Source: Elusimicrobiota bacterium
Lineage (GTDB): Bacteria; Elusimicrobiota; Elusimicrobia; UBA1565; JACRDR01
DNA: 64,000 nt
Direction: 5' to 3'
NCBI GenBank assembly: GCA_041694815.1
Contig: JBGFSC010000010.1
Coordinates: forward strand, 77,922-141,921
Position numbers and translations under genes: made by a program. The notes under the pieces were generated by a model. The model had not been told where the DNA came from. It did no database searches and saw only the letters and a program-made list of their open reading frames with translations. Below are positions 39,895 to 49,955 of the stretch, one piece after another; within the stretch, counting starts at the first letter, position 1, and each line of letters starts with the position of its first letter.

Positions 39895-41841
39895 ATGAAA
39901 AAGACGCTGACCCACAAGCTCGTCGAGTCGCACTGTCTCGAAGGGGAGATGAGGCCCGGCTCCGAGATCGCGCTCAAGATCGACCAGACGCTCACCCAGG
40001 ACGCGACGGGGACCCTGGTCATGCTCGAGCTCGAGGCCATGGGCGTGCGCCGCGCGCGGACGGAGGTCTCCGCGCAATACGTCGACCACAACCTCCTTCA
40101 GGAGGACCATAAAAACCCCGACGACCACCTCTTCCTCCGGAGCGCCTGCAGGCGCTTCGGCGTCTGGTACAGCCCGCCAGGCAACGGGGTCAGCCATCCG
40201 GTTCATCAGGAACGCTTCGGAAAACCGGGCAAGACGCTGCTTGGCTCCGACAGCCATACGCCCGCCGCGGGCTCGATCGCGATGCTGGCCATCGGCGCCG
40301 GAGGCATCGAGGTCGCCCTGGCCATGGCCGGCGAGCCGTACTACCTCGCGATGCCGAAGGTCTGGGGCGTGCGACTGACGGGCCGACTGCCGGATTGGGT
40401 CAGCGCCAAGGACGTCATCCTCGAGATGCTGCGCCGCCACGGCGTCGACGGCGGGACCGGATACGTCCTCGAGTATTTCGGCCCGGGGCTCGAACGCCTG
40501 TCGGCGATGGACCGGCATGTGATCGCCAATATGGGCGCCGAATTGGGCGCTACGAGCTCGGTGTTCCCGTCGGACGAGGCCACGCGGCGCTTCCTCATCG
40601 CCCAAGGCCGGGGCGGGGACTGGACGCCGCTGGCGGCCGACCCGGACGCCGAGTACGATCGAATCGAGGAGATCGATCTCTCGGCGCTCGAGCCGCTGAT
40701 CGCGATGCCCCAGAGCCCGGGCAACGTCAAGACGGTCCGCGAAGTGGCGGGACGCGAGATTTACCAGGCCTACGTGGGATCGTCGGCCAATCCCGGCTAC
40801 CGCGATTTCGCCATCGCCGCCGAGATCGTGCGCGGGCGCCGGGTCCACAATAAGGTTTCCTTTGATATCAACCCGACCTCCCGCCAGATCCTCGAGAACT
40901 TAGTCAAGGACGGGCAGATACTCTCGCTCTTGCACGCCGGCGCGAGACTGCACCAGGCCGGCTGCAACGGCTGCATCGGCATGGGCCAGGCCCCGGCCAG
41001 CGGGAAGCTCAGCCTGCGCACCGTCCCGCGCAATTTCCCCGGGCGCTCGGGGGAGCGCGACGATCAGGTCTGCCTGGTGAGCCCCGAGACGGCGGCCGCC
41101 TCGGCGCTGACCGGGGTGATCACCGACCCCCGCAGCATCGGCCGCCCCTATCCCCGGGTGGCGGAGCCCGACCGCCCGCTCATCAACCAGGACTCCCTGA
41201 TGCCCCCCCTGCCCGAGGAGGAGGCCGCGCGGGTCGAGCTCGAGAAAGGGCCGAACATCGCGGCCCTGCCTCAATTCGGCGAGCTCGAGGACCAATTGGA
41301 GCTGCCGGTGATGCTCAAAGTCAAAGACGACGTCTCAACCGACGAGATCATGCCGGCGGGAGCCCAGGTGCTTCCCTTCCGAAGCAATATCCCCCGACTG
41401 AGCGACTTCGCCTTCGAGCGGATCGATCCGAGCTATCCTCGCCGAGCGCGGGAGCGGGGACCGGCGGGGCATGCCGTCATCGGCGGGCGCAATTACGGGC
41501 AAGGCTCCTCCCGCGAGCACGCGGCCCTCGTCCCCAGGGCGCTGGGCCTTAAATTGCTGCTGGCCAAGAGCTTCGCCCGCATCCATTGGCAGAACCTGGT
41601 CAACTTCGGCATACTGCCGCTCGTCTTCGACGACTTGGCAGACTATGACTGGCTCAAGGCGGGCGAGACGTTACGGATCAAGGACCTGCGCCGCAGCATC
41701 CAGGCCGGCAGCGTCATCAATATCAGCACGCCGCAGCGCGCCTTCCGGGCGAGGCATAATCTCTCGGGGCGTCAGGCGCAGGTGCTATTGGCGGGAGGGC
41801 TGATCCACTGGGCGAAGGAAAAACAACACGCGCGACACTAA
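39895..41841 (+). CDS. Aconitate hydratase (compact type)
   Basis: QDATGT, DHN, GSDSHT, CNGCIG, RNFPGRSG, NYGQGSSREHA. Confidence 0.9.
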   Translation: MKKTLTHKLVESHCLEGEMRPGSEIALKIDQTLTQDATGTLVMLELEAMGVRRARTEVSAQYVDHNLLQEDHKNPDDHLFLRSACRRFGVWYSPPGNGVSHPVHQERFGKPGKTLLGSDSHTPAAGSIAMLAIGAGGIEVALAMAGEPYYLAMPKVWGVRLTGRLPDWVSAKDVILEMLRRHGVDGGTGYVLEYFGPGLERLSAMDRHVIANMGAELGATSSVFPSDEATRRFLIAQGRGGDWTPLAADPDAEYDRIEEIDLSALEPLIAMPQSPGNVKTVREVAGREIYQAYVGSSANPGYRDFAIAAEIVRGRRVHNKVSFDINPTSRQILENLVKDGQILSLLHAGARLHQAGCNGCIGMGQAPASGKLSLRTVPRNFPGRSGERDDQVCLVSPETAAASALTGVITDPRSIGRPYPRVAEPDRPLINQDSLMPPLPEEEAARVELEKGPNIAALPQFGELEDQLELPVMLKVKDDVSTDEIMPAGAQVLPFRSNIPRLSDFAFERIDPSYPRRARERGPAGHAVIGGRNYGQGSSREHAALVPRALGLKLLLAKSFARIHWQNLVNFGILPLVFDDLADYDWLKAGETLRIKDLRRSIQAGSVINISTPQRAFRARHNLSGRQAQVLLAGGLIHWAKEKQHARH

Positions 41842-42134
41842 GGATGGTCGGTGATAGCGATGACGCTGATCTGTCCATTCTTGGGACCGTAATGCCAAAA
41901 GATGCGGTAGGCGGCGGGCGTGTTGTTTTCGACGTAGGCCTCAAAGACCTCCTCGCCGTTGGGGCCTCGGAGAGAATCGTATTTATGAGTATTAAGACTC
42001 GGGTGCCTGAGATTGGTTTCCATTAATCCCAGGGCCTTCTTTACGGCTTTCCAACGCCTGGCCAGCGCCGGATTTGCCCTCAGGGCTTCGCGCTGCGCCT
42101 CGGCCGTCGGCGTGTAGAGAAGCTCAAAATTCAA
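41838..42134 (-). CDS. RelE/ParE-superfamily toxin
   Basis: RHPSLNTHKY...VFEAYVEN.TP.AYRIFWHYG; 98 aa; coupled to the upstream small gene. Confidence 0.7.
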   Translation of the reverse strand: MNFELLYTPTAEAQREALRANPALARRWKAVKKALGLMETNLRHPSLNTHKYDSLRGPNGEEVFEAYVENNTPAAYRIFWHYGPKNGQISVIAITDHP

Positions 42135-42433
42135 TCATCTTCCAGCACGTCGTCGGCATGCCTGGCAAAGCTCGGGCCCTTCTTTAGCTTCCCTTCTCTC
42201 GCTTCCTTGAGGCCCTTTCGAACCGAGGCGATCGCCGCCTTATTCTCATAAAGCCAGAGTTCCGAAGCGGGGACCATAACTAAGGGATCCAATATCATCT
42301 GGCCCAAGGCGTTCTCGTAGACGCGGTACCTCTTTCTCAAGTCCGCATGCTTAAGGGTCACCCGACGCTTGCTGTCCGGGCGCACCTCGGCAATCTCAAC
42401 AAAGTCTCCTTTCACAATTTGGGATGGACTCAT
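42131..42433 (-). CDS. AbrB-like antitoxin
   Basis: DSKRRVTL...YRVYEN..GQMILDP...ELWLYEN...VRKGL. Confidence 0.65.
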   Translation of the reverse strand: MSPSQIVKGDFVEIAEVRPDSKRRVTLKHADLRKRYRVYENALGQMILDPLVMVPASELWLYENKAAIASVRKGLKEAREGKLKKGPSFARHADDVLEDD

Positions 42434-42492
42434 ATTCCCATTTTAGCTCAAGTGGGAAAATTCCGCAAGTGGGAATTTAGGCCTCGGAACCG

Positions 42493-43908
42493 CTAGCCGC
42501 TTCTTTTCGGCCTGAAGATATGGGTGCTCGACCCCTCGACGGACTCGGCGGCCTCCATGAGGGTCTCCGAAAGGGTCGGATGCGGGTGAATGCTCAGCGC
42601 CATGTCCTGGGCCCGAGCCCCCATCTCGATGGCGAGCACCCCCTCGGAGATGAGCTCCCCGGCGCCCGGGCCGGCGATGCCGACTCCCAGTACCTGGGAG
42701 CTCTCGGGGTCGCATAAAATCTTGGTGACTCCGTCCGCGCGCCCCAAGGTCAGCGCGCGCCCGGAGGCGGCCCAGGGAAAACGCAGCGCCTTGACCGGGC
42801 GGTTTTCCTTAGCCGCTTGCGTCTCCGTCAGCCCGCACCAGGCGATCTCGGGATCGGTGAAGACCACCGCGGGGATGGCGCGGGGCTCGAAGGTGGCGCG
42901 CTTTCCGTGGGCGGCCTCGGCCGCGACCCGGCCTTGGTGGGTGGCCTTATGCGCCAGCATCGGCTCGCCGGCCACGTCGCCGATGGCGAAGATCGACGGC
43001 TCGGCGGTGCGCCCCTGCGCGTCGATCTTGATGAAGCCCTTGGGATCGATCTCGGCCCTCGTCGTCTCCAGGCCCAGGCCCGAGGAGTTCGGCTTGCGGC
43101 CGACCGAAACGAGCACCGCGTCGAAGAGCTCCGAGCCGGAGCCCTCCTTGCCCTCGAAACGCACGCGGATCCCCTCGGGCTCCTCCTGGAGGTCCAACAC
43201 CTTCGTCTCGAGCAGGATCTTGGCGAATTTCCTCTCGAGTCGCCGCGCGAGGATGTTGACCAAGTCGCGGTCGGCGCCGGGGAGCAGCCCGTCGGTCATC
43301 TCGACGACGGTGATTCTCGAGCCCAGCTCCGAATAGACGGTCCCCAACTCCAGGCCGATGTAGCCCCCGCCGACGACGAGCAGGCTCTTCGGCACGCTCC
43401 TGAGCTCCAAGGCGCTGGTGGAATTGAGAAGCCGCGGAGACTCCAAGTTCCACTGGGGAAGTATCGCGGGGCGCGATCCCGTCGCGATGATCGCATGGTC
43501 GAACGATATTTTCTCCGGGGCTCCCGATTCCTTGTTGACCACCAAGGAATGAGGGTCCATGAGCACCGCGCGGCCTTGGATGTACTCGATCTTGCGCTGC
43601 TTCGAGAGCATGCCCAGCCCGCCGGTCAATTTCCCGACCACCCCGTCCTTCCAGGCGCGCAGCCGCTCCACGTCGATCTTGGGCTCGCCGAAGGAGATGC
43701 CGAAGCCGCCGGCGTCCTTGGCCTCCGAGACTATTTTCGCCGCGTGCAGGAGCGCCTTCGACGGGATGCAGCCGCGGTAGAGGCAGACCCCCCCCGGATT
43801 GGGCTCGACGTCGATCAAGGCCGTCTGCAGGCCCAGGTCGGCGGCCAAAAAGGCCGCCGCGTAGCCGCCCGGACCCGCGCCGATCACCGCCAGTTGGACT
43901 TTTTTCAT
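42493..43908 (-). CDS. lpdA: Dihydrolipoamide dehydrogenase
   Basis: GAGPGG, GGVCLYRGCIPSK, IHPHPTLSE. Confidence 0.96.
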   Translation of the reverse strand: MKKVQLAVIGAGPGGYAAAFLAADLGLQTALIDVEPNPGGVCLYRGCIPSKALLHAAKIVSEAKDAGGFGISFGEPKIDVERLRAWKDGVVGKLTGGLGMLSKQRKIEYIQGRAVLMDPHSLVVNKESGAPEKISFDHAIIATGSRPAILPQWNLESPRLLNSTSALELRSVPKSLLVVGGGYIGLELGTVYSELGSRITVVEMTDGLLPGADRDLVNILARRLERKFAKILLETKVLDLQEEPEGIRVRFEGKEGSGSELFDAVLVSVGRKPNSSGLGLETTRAEIDPKGFIKIDAQGRTAEPSIFAIGDVAGEPMLAHKATHQGRVAAEAAHGKRATFEPRAIPAVVFTDPEIAWCGLTETQAAKENRPVKALRFPWAASGRALTLGRADGVTKILCDPESSQVLGVGIAGPGAGELISEGVLAIEMGARAQDMALSIHPHPTLSETLMEAAESVEGSSTHIFRPKRSG

Positions 43909-45155
43909 GCCAACCCCTCGAAAACGAGTTTGAGCGGCTCCTCGAAGGCCTCGCAGACCCAGCGCAAAAATCGCGCGGCGTCGGCGCCGTCGATGACGCG
44001 ATGATCGTAGGAGAGCGAAAGGGGCAGCATCGTCTGGGGCTCGAATTTGCCGCCGGCGTAGACCGGCTCGACCCGCGAGCGCGACATCCCCAAGATCGCG
44101 ACCTCCGGCCAGTTCACGATCGGGGAAAAGTGGGTGCCCCCGATGCCGCCGAGATTGGTGACGGTGAAGCAGCCCCCCCGCATCTCCTCGAGCCCGAGCT
44201 TCTTGGCCTTCGCCTTCTCGGCCAACGCCGCGATCTCCTTGGAAATCGCGACGATGCCCTTCTTGTCGGCGTCGCGCAGCACGGGAACCAACAGCCCCCG
44301 CTCGGTGTCCACCGCGACGCCGATATGGCAGTATTTCTTGAGTACGATCTTAGATCCCGCCGAATCCACGCTCGCGTTGAATTGAGGAAAGCGCCTCAAA
44401 GCGGCGGCGGCGATCTTGACCGCCACGGCCGTCGCCGTGATCTTTACCCCGTTTTTGGAATGCGCCTTGCGCAGCCGCTCGACCTCATCCAAGCGGGCCG
44501 CGTCATGATGCGTGACATGGGGGATATTCGCCCAGGCGGCGCTCAAATGCTCCGCCGTCGCCCTGCGGATCTCGCTCATCGGCTTGGATTCGACGGGCCC
44601 CCATCTCGAGAAATCGGGCAAGGCCGGCCCGGCCGTTTTTCCCGCCGCCGCAGGCGCCTCGGGCGGCGGCGCTTTCTGCGGCGGTCGGCGCTTAGCGAAG
44701 GCTTTGACGTCTTCGACCGTGATGCGCCCGCCGGGCCCCGTCCCCTTCACGCGGGACAGCTCGACTCCCAGCTCGCGCGAGAGGCGCCGCACCGACGGGG
44801 AGGCTTGGGCGTTCGACATCGCGTCCCAATCGCCGGGCTCCGCCTCGGGGGCTGCGGGAGCGGCGGTCGGCGACTCGGCTCCACGGGGCCCGGGCGCTTC
44901 GGAAGGCGCGGCGGCCCCGCTGCCCTCCGCCACGAAAAGCAGCTGTCCGGGAGAGACCTTGTCGCCGGCCTTCACCTTGACTTCCAGCACCTTCCCGCTG
45001 ACGGTGGAGGGGACCTCGATGGCCGCCTTGTCGGTCTCCACCTCCACGACGCCTTGATCCTTGGCTACCTCGGCGCCCGCGGAAACCAGCACGCGGGTCA
45101 CGGTGCCGGCGTGCACGTTCTCGCCCAGTTCGGGAAGCCTGCATTCGAGCCTCAT
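43905..45155 (-). CDS. aceF: Pyruvate dehydrogenase E2
   Basis: ETDKA lipoyl, ASPSVRRL E3-binding, SYDHRVIDG. Confidence 0.93.
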   Translation of the reverse strand: MRLECRLPELGENVHAGTVTRVLVSAGAEVAKDQGVVEVETDKAAIEVPSTVSGKVLEVKVKAGDKVSPGQLLFVAEGSGAAAPSEAPGPRGAESPTAAPAAPEAEPGDWDAMSNAQASPSVRRLSRELGVELSRVKGTGPGGRITVEDVKAFAKRRPPQKAPPPEAPAAAGKTAGPALPDFSRWGPVESKPMSEIRRATAEHLSAAWANIPHVTHHDAARLDEVERLRKAHSKNGVKITATAVAVKIAAAALRRFPQFNASVDSAGSKIVLKKYCHIGVAVDTERGLLVPVLRDADKKGIVAISKEIAALAEKAKAKKLGLEEMRGGCFTVTNLGGIGGTHFSPIVNWPEVAILGMSRSRVEPVYAGGKFEPQTMLPLSLSYDHRVIDGADAARFLRWVCEAFEEPLKLVFEGLA

Positions 45156-47824
45156 GTCGCCATCGGGTTGCGCTTGTTCGGGTCGATGCCCAATTCGGCG
45201 ATCGCCTTGGCGGGCGCCGCGGGATCGATTTTACCTGCACGGCGAAGCCCGGTCAACGCCGCCAGGGCGATGTAGCGGGCGTCGACCTCGAAATGGTCGC
45301 GGAGGCTTTCGCGCACCTCGCTGAGCCCATAGCCGGCGGTCCCCAGGGTGATGAGAGGCCCGGGGAACCACTTGGAGACCGAATCGGGAATGGCCTGGAC
45401 GTAGTCGGAGGCGGCAACGAAAACCCCGTCCTCACCTTGCAGCACCTGGCTCAAGTACGGGAGTCTGGGCTTTTCGTCCGGGTGCAACAGGTTCCAACGC
45501 TCGGCCTCCAAACCGTCGCGCCGCAATTCCTTATAGCTCGTGACGCTCCATACGTCGGAGGAGATCCCAAATTTCTCCGCCAAGAGCTCCTGCGCCTTGA
45601 GCGCCTCGTTGAGTATCGCTCCGCTGCCGAAAAGGTGCGCCTGGGCCTTTCCCTTGGAGGAGGGCTTAAGCTTATAGATCCCCCGCAATATCCCTTCCTC
45701 AACGCCCGCGGGCATCGCGGGCATCGGGTAGTTCTCGTTGCCGACGGTGATGTAATAGAAGACGTCCTCTTGCCTCTCGACCATGCGCCGGATGCCGTCG
45801 CGCACGATCACCGCCAGCTCGAAGGCGAAGGCAGGATCGTAGGCCATCAAATTGGGAATCGGATAGGCCAACAAATGGCTATGGCCGTCTTGATGCTGCA
45901 GGCCCTCGCCGGCCAGCGTGGTGCGCCCGGCAGTGCCGCCGACCAAAAAGCCGCGGCAGCGCATGTCGCCCGCGGCCCAGATGAGATCGCCGATGCGTTG
46001 GAAGCCGAACATCGAATAGTAGATGAAAAAGGGCACGGCGTGCACCCCGTGCGTCGCGTAGGAGGAGCCCGCCGCGATGAAGGAGGACATCGCGCCCGCC
46101 TCGGTGATCCCCTCCTCCAGTATCTGCCCGTCCTTGGCCTCCTTGTAGTAGATCAGCAGTTCCGAGTCGACGGGCTCGTAGAGCTGCCCGACGTGGGAGT
46201 AGATGCCGCATTGCCTAAAGAGCGCCTCCATGCCGAAGGTGCGCGCCTCGTCCGGGATGATCGGGACGATATGCCGGCCTTCCTGGGGGTCTTTGAGCAG
46301 CTTCGTGAGGATGCGGACCAAGGCCATCGTCGTGGAGACCGGCCGCCCCTCCGTGCCGTGCTTGAATTCCTCCCACAAATCGGCCTGGGGGGCCTTGAGC
46401 GGAGCGATGGGGCCGCGGCGCTTGGGCACGAAACCACCGAGCGCGCGCCTCCTCTCGCGCAGGTACTCCATCTCGGGGCTGTTTTCGGGAGGACGATAAA
46501 ACGGGGCCTTGGCGATCTCCTCGTCGGAGATCGGGATGGCGAAACGCGCCCGGAACTCCCGCAGCTCGTCCTCGTTAAGCTTCTTCTGCTGGTGGGTAAT
46601 GTTGCGGCCCTCGCCGGCCTCGCCCAAGCCGTAGCCCTTGATCGTATGCGCCAGGACCACGCTGGGAGCTCCCTGATGCGTCGCCGCGGCGCGGTAGGCG
46701 TTGTAGACCTTCTTGACGTCGTGACCGCCGCGGTTAAGCCGCCGCAGCTTGTCGTCGCTCAAATGCGCCACCAGCTTGAGCAGTCGAGGATCGGAACCGA
46801 AGAGATGCTTGCGGATATAATCGCCGTGGGCGACGTTATATTTCTGCTGCTGTCCGTCGACCGTCTCGCCCAGGCGCCGCAGCAGCAGCCCCTCGCGGTC
46901 CTTCTCGAACAAGGGATCCCAATCCGATCCCCAGACCGCCTTGATGACGTTCCAGCCGGCGCCCCGGAAAACGCCCTCGAGCTCCTGGATGATCTGCCCG
47001 TTGCCGCGGACCGGGCCGTCTAAGCGCTGCAGGTTGCAGTTGATGACGAAGATCAGGTTGTCGAGCTTCTCCCGCGCGGCCAGCGAGATGGCCCCCAGTG
47101 TCTCCGGCTCATCGGTCTCCCCGTCCCCAAGGAAGGCCCAGACCTTGGCGTCCGAGCGGGGCTTGAGCCCCCGGTCCTCCAGGTAACGGTTGAAGCGCGC
47201 CTGGTAAATGGCCATGATGGGGGCCAGCCCCATCGACACCGTTGGGAACTCCCAGAAATCCGGCATCAGGCGAGGGTGCGGGTAGGAGGAGAGCCCGCCG
47301 CCGGGCTTAAGCTCCCTCCGGAAATTTTCCATCTGTTTGAGCGTGAGCCGGCCTTCCAGGAACGCCCGGGCATATATCCCTGGCGAGGCGTGCCCCTGGA
47401 AATAGACGCTATCTCCCTCTTGCTTCTCGTTGCGGGCGCGGAAGAAATGGTTGAAACCGGTCTCATAGAGGGTCGCCGCGGAGGCGAAGGTCGAGATATG
47501 CCCGCCAATACCATCGGCGATGCGATTGGCCCGCACGACCATGGCCATCGCGTTCCATCGCACGAGGCTGCGTATCCTGCGTTCGAGGCTCAAATCGCCC
47601 GGGTAGGGGGCCTCCTGATCGGCGGGGATGGTGTTGATATAGGGCGTCCGGGCGCTGAAGGGGATGCGCACGCCGGACTTGTGGATATGCACCGAGAGCC
47701 GGCCGAAAAGGCTCCGGACATATTCGGGACCCTGGCGCTTGAGCACCTCGTCGAGGGAGGCCAGCCATTCCAAGGTCTCGACGTCGTCTTGCGCCGCGGC
47801 TTTGCGGTGATTGGGAGCGCTCAC
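45152..47824 (-). CDS. aceE: Pyruvate dehydrogenase E1, homodimeric type
   Basis: GGHISTFAS, QGHASPG, GDGETDEPE, NCNLQRLDGPV, GEGLQHQDGHS. Confidence 0.97.
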   Translation of the reverse strand: MSAPNHRKAAAQDDVETLEWLASLDEVLKRQGPEYVRSLFGRLSVHIHKSGVRIPFSARTPYINTIPADQEAPYPGDLSLERRIRSLVRWNAMAMVVRANRIADGIGGHISTFASAATLYETGFNHFFRARNEKQEGDSVYFQGHASPGIYARAFLEGRLTLKQMENFRRELKPGGGLSSYPHPRLMPDFWEFPTVSMGLAPIMAIYQARFNRYLEDRGLKPRSDAKVWAFLGDGETDEPETLGAISLAAREKLDNLIFVINCNLQRLDGPVRGNGQIIQELEGVFRGAGWNVIKAVWGSDWDPLFEKDREGLLLRRLGETVDGQQQKYNVAHGDYIRKHLFGSDPRLLKLVAHLSDDKLRRLNRGGHDVKKVYNAYRAAATHQGAPSVVLAHTIKGYGLGEAGEGRNITHQQKKLNEDELREFRARFAIPISDEEIAKAPFYRPPENSPEMEYLRERRRALGGFVPKRRGPIAPLKAPQADLWEEFKHGTEGRPVSTTMALVRILTKLLKDPQEGRHIVPIIPDEARTFGMEALFRQCGIYSHVGQLYEPVDSELLIYYKEAKDGQILEEGITEAGAMSSFIAAGSSYATHGVHAVPFFIYYSMFGFQRIGDLIWAAGDMRCRGFLVGGTAGRTTLAGEGLQHQDGHSHLLAYPIPNLMAYDPAFAFELAVIVRDGIRRMVERQEDVFYYITVGNENYPMPAMPAGVEEGILRGIYKLKPSSKGKAQAHLFGSGAILNEALKAQELLAEKFGISSDVWSVTSYKELRRDGLEAERWNLLHPDEKPRLPYLSQVLQGEDGVFVAASDYVQAIPDSVSKWFPGPLITLGTAGYGLSEVRESLRDHFEVDARYIALAALTGLRRAGKIDPAAPAKAIAELGIDPNKRNPMAT

Positions 47825-47893
47825 CGCGTGATTTTACTAAATATCCGCCGGGCACTAGATAAATCTTGAAAATTTGCCATAATATCGCCGGTC

Positions 47894-48514
47894 ATGATCA
47901 CCGTTGGGATCGGCGGCGGCAGCGCCTCCGGGAAAAGCTGGCTCGCCTCCTACCTCAAACGCAATCTCGGCTCGCGCGCGGTCGTCATCTGCCAGGACTG
48001 GTACTACCACGACCACAGCCACCTAAGCCCCAAGCAGGCCAAGCGGCTCAACGTCGACCATCCCCGCTCCATCGACATGCGCATGCTCATCGAGCACATG
48101 CGCCTTCTGCGCAAGGGCCAGGCGGTGGAGACCCCGCGCTACCATTACACCACGCACGCGCGGCTCCGTGAGACCCATCGAGTCGATCCGGCCGACGTGG
48201 TGATACTCGAGGGCATCTTCGTCCTGCAGCACCGCGAGCTCAGGAAGCTGCTCGATTACTCCGTCTACATCGAGGTGCCCGACGATATCCGCTTCATGCG
48301 CCGGGTGCGCCGCGACGTGGAGGAACGCCGCTTCAAGCTCGAGGAGGTGCTGCGCCTCTACGAGCATTGCGTGCGCCCCATGCACGGCAAATTCGTCCTG
48401 CCCACCTCGAAAAAGGCGAAGTGGGTCTGGCGCCAGCTCGAGGACCGGCATTTCCCGCAAGCGCTCCTGGAAAGGCTCAAGGCCAAAAGCGCCGGCAACG
48501 GAAGCCGGGGCTAA
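47894..48514 (+). CDS. udk: Uridine kinase
   Basis: GGSASGKS P-loop, QDWYY, NVDHP, LEGI, RRVRRDVEER. Confidence 0.88.
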   Translation: MITVGIGGGSASGKSWLASYLKRNLGSRAVVICQDWYYHDHSHLSPKQAKRLNVDHPRSIDMRMLIEHMRLLRKGQAVETPRYHYTTHARLRETHRVDPADVVILEGIFVLQHRELRKLLDYSVYIEVPDDIRFMRRVRRDVEERRFKLEEVLRLYEHCVRPMHGKFVLPTSKKAKWVWRQLEDRHFPQALLERLKAKSAGNGSRG

Positions 48515-48543
48515 AGTCCCGTTTTTTTAGGGCCCAAGGGCCC
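48507..48543 (+). promoter_or_regulatory. Tandem 14-bp operator pair (DevR/NarL-like boxes)
   Basis: GGGGC-TAAA-GTCCC (48507) and GGGCC-CAAG-GGCCC (48530). Confidence 0.6.
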
Positions 48544-48578
48544 AGGTTCTTGGAACGGGCGTTTGCTATCGTCCGCGC

Positions 48579-49883
48579 ATGGCGCCCCTTCTCCCGCTCA
48601 TCGCCTCGATTCTTCCGAGCGTCGCCCTCGGCTGGGGCCAGTACGGGCATCAACAGGTCAACGCGGCGGCCGTCGAGCTGCTAGACCCGTCTTCCGGGAT
48701 CGGCAAGCTTTTTTCCGCCAACACCGACCTCCTCAAGCGCCTCTCCATCACGCCGGACATGGAATGGAAAAGGGGCGGCGCCGGGTCGGACAGCGAGACC
48801 CTCGACGCCGACCTGCAAGAGCCGAGCAAGTCGGACACGCAGGAGCACGCCCTCCATTACTTCGAATTGGACGCCTTCCTGGCGCCCGGACAGTCGATCA
48901 CCGCCCTGCCCGCCGACGAATACCGGCAGGCCCGGCCCCGCCTTCAAGAGCTGCTTCTGGCCAATTCCACCGCGGTGCTGCGGCTCGACCCTGATTCCCC
49001 GCTGCAAGCAGAGGCGCATGGCAGCGCCCCATGGCGCGCGCTGCAGCTCTACGACCTGGGAGTGGCGGCCTTCAAGGCCAAGGACGGCGCCGGGGCTCTT
49101 TTGTACCTAGGCACGCTGGGCCATTACATCGGCGATATGTCACAGCCCTTCCACGGCACCCTGATCTACAACGGGGTCCAGCACCCGAAGCCCGCGGCCG
49201 GAATCCACGGCGCCTTCGAGGCGCGCATGCTTTCCTCGGTCGCCAACAAGGCCGCCGGCGGCAAGGCCATGGACCCGGACACCTTGCTCTGGGATCTCTC
49301 CGCGACGCACAAGACGGTTTCTGCGCAGGCGCGGCAATTGACGGGCGGCGAGCTCAAGCCGATCCCGCGCTCCGATATCGTCGCCAATGTCCTGGAGGAA
49401 CAAGACAGCGGTCGGGACTTCGTCGAGCCCCTGCTCAAGGCCTTCGCGAAGGAGTGCGCACGGGCCCAAAAGGGAGAGTTCTCGACCTCCGACGACACCC
49501 CCTTCTCCATCTTCGACGATTTTCCGGCCGACGCCCCGTATTGCGTCAAAAGCCCGGAATTCCCCCGCCCGCGGGTCTCCGCCGCGATCGTGGGGGCGTT
49601 TTCCAACGCCCGGATCGGACCCACCACCGTCTTCGCGTTCGCCGAAACGCGCCTGGCCGTCGCCGCGGCGTTGCTGGCACGGCTCTGGAGCTCCGCCTAC
49701 GAGGACGCCGGCAGGCCGCCGCTTAAGGCGCGCTCCTACCGCCTCGAGGAGCTCGACGTGTTCGGAAACTACCCCCGGCCCGATTATCTGGGCCCGCAGG
49801 CCTTAAACGCGGATTACCCGGCGCTTCGCGCGGCGATTAAGCGAAGGATCGGGAACATAAGCGACACTCTGCGCGCGGAATAG
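48579..49883 (+). CDS. Secreted S1/P1 nuclease / zinc phospholipase C-like protein
   Basis: Signal peptide then WGQYGH; PD; HYFELD; GHYIGDMSQPFH; IHGAFE. Confidence 0.75.
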   Translation: MAPLLPLIASILPSVALGWGQYGHQQVNAAAVELLDPSSGIGKLFSANTDLLKRLSITPDMEWKRGGAGSDSETLDADLQEPSKSDTQEHALHYFELDAFLAPGQSITALPADEYRQARPRLQELLLANSTAVLRLDPDSPLQAEAHGSAPWRALQLYDLGVAAFKAKDGAGALLYLGTLGHYIGDMSQPFHGTLIYNGVQHPKPAAGIHGAFEARMLSSVANKAAGGKAMDPDTLLWDLSATHKTVSAQARQLTGGELKPIPRSDIVANVLEEQDSGRDFVEPLLKAFAKECARAQKGEFSTSDDTPFSIFDDFPADAPYCVKSPEFPRPRVSAAIVGAFSNARIGPTTVFAFAETRLAVAAALLARLWSSAYEDAGRPPLKARSYRLEELDVFGNYPRPDYLGPQALNADYPALRAAIKRRIGNISDTLRAE

Positions 49884-49919
49884 GCCCAAAGGGCAGGCCC
49901 CGCCTAGGCCGAAAGCCAC
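49882..49919 (+). promoter_or_regulatory. Tandem 14-bp operator pair (DevR/NarL-like boxes)
   Basis: AGGCC-CAAA-GGGCA (49882) and AGGCC-GAAA-GCCAC (49906). Confidence 0.5.
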
Positions 49920-49955
49920 TTTCGACAGACGACGTCTTCCTTTATCCTCAAAGGC

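Noticed and set aside
36114..47824. Single lpdA serving both ODH and PDH
   Set aside because: A shared E3 is ordinary
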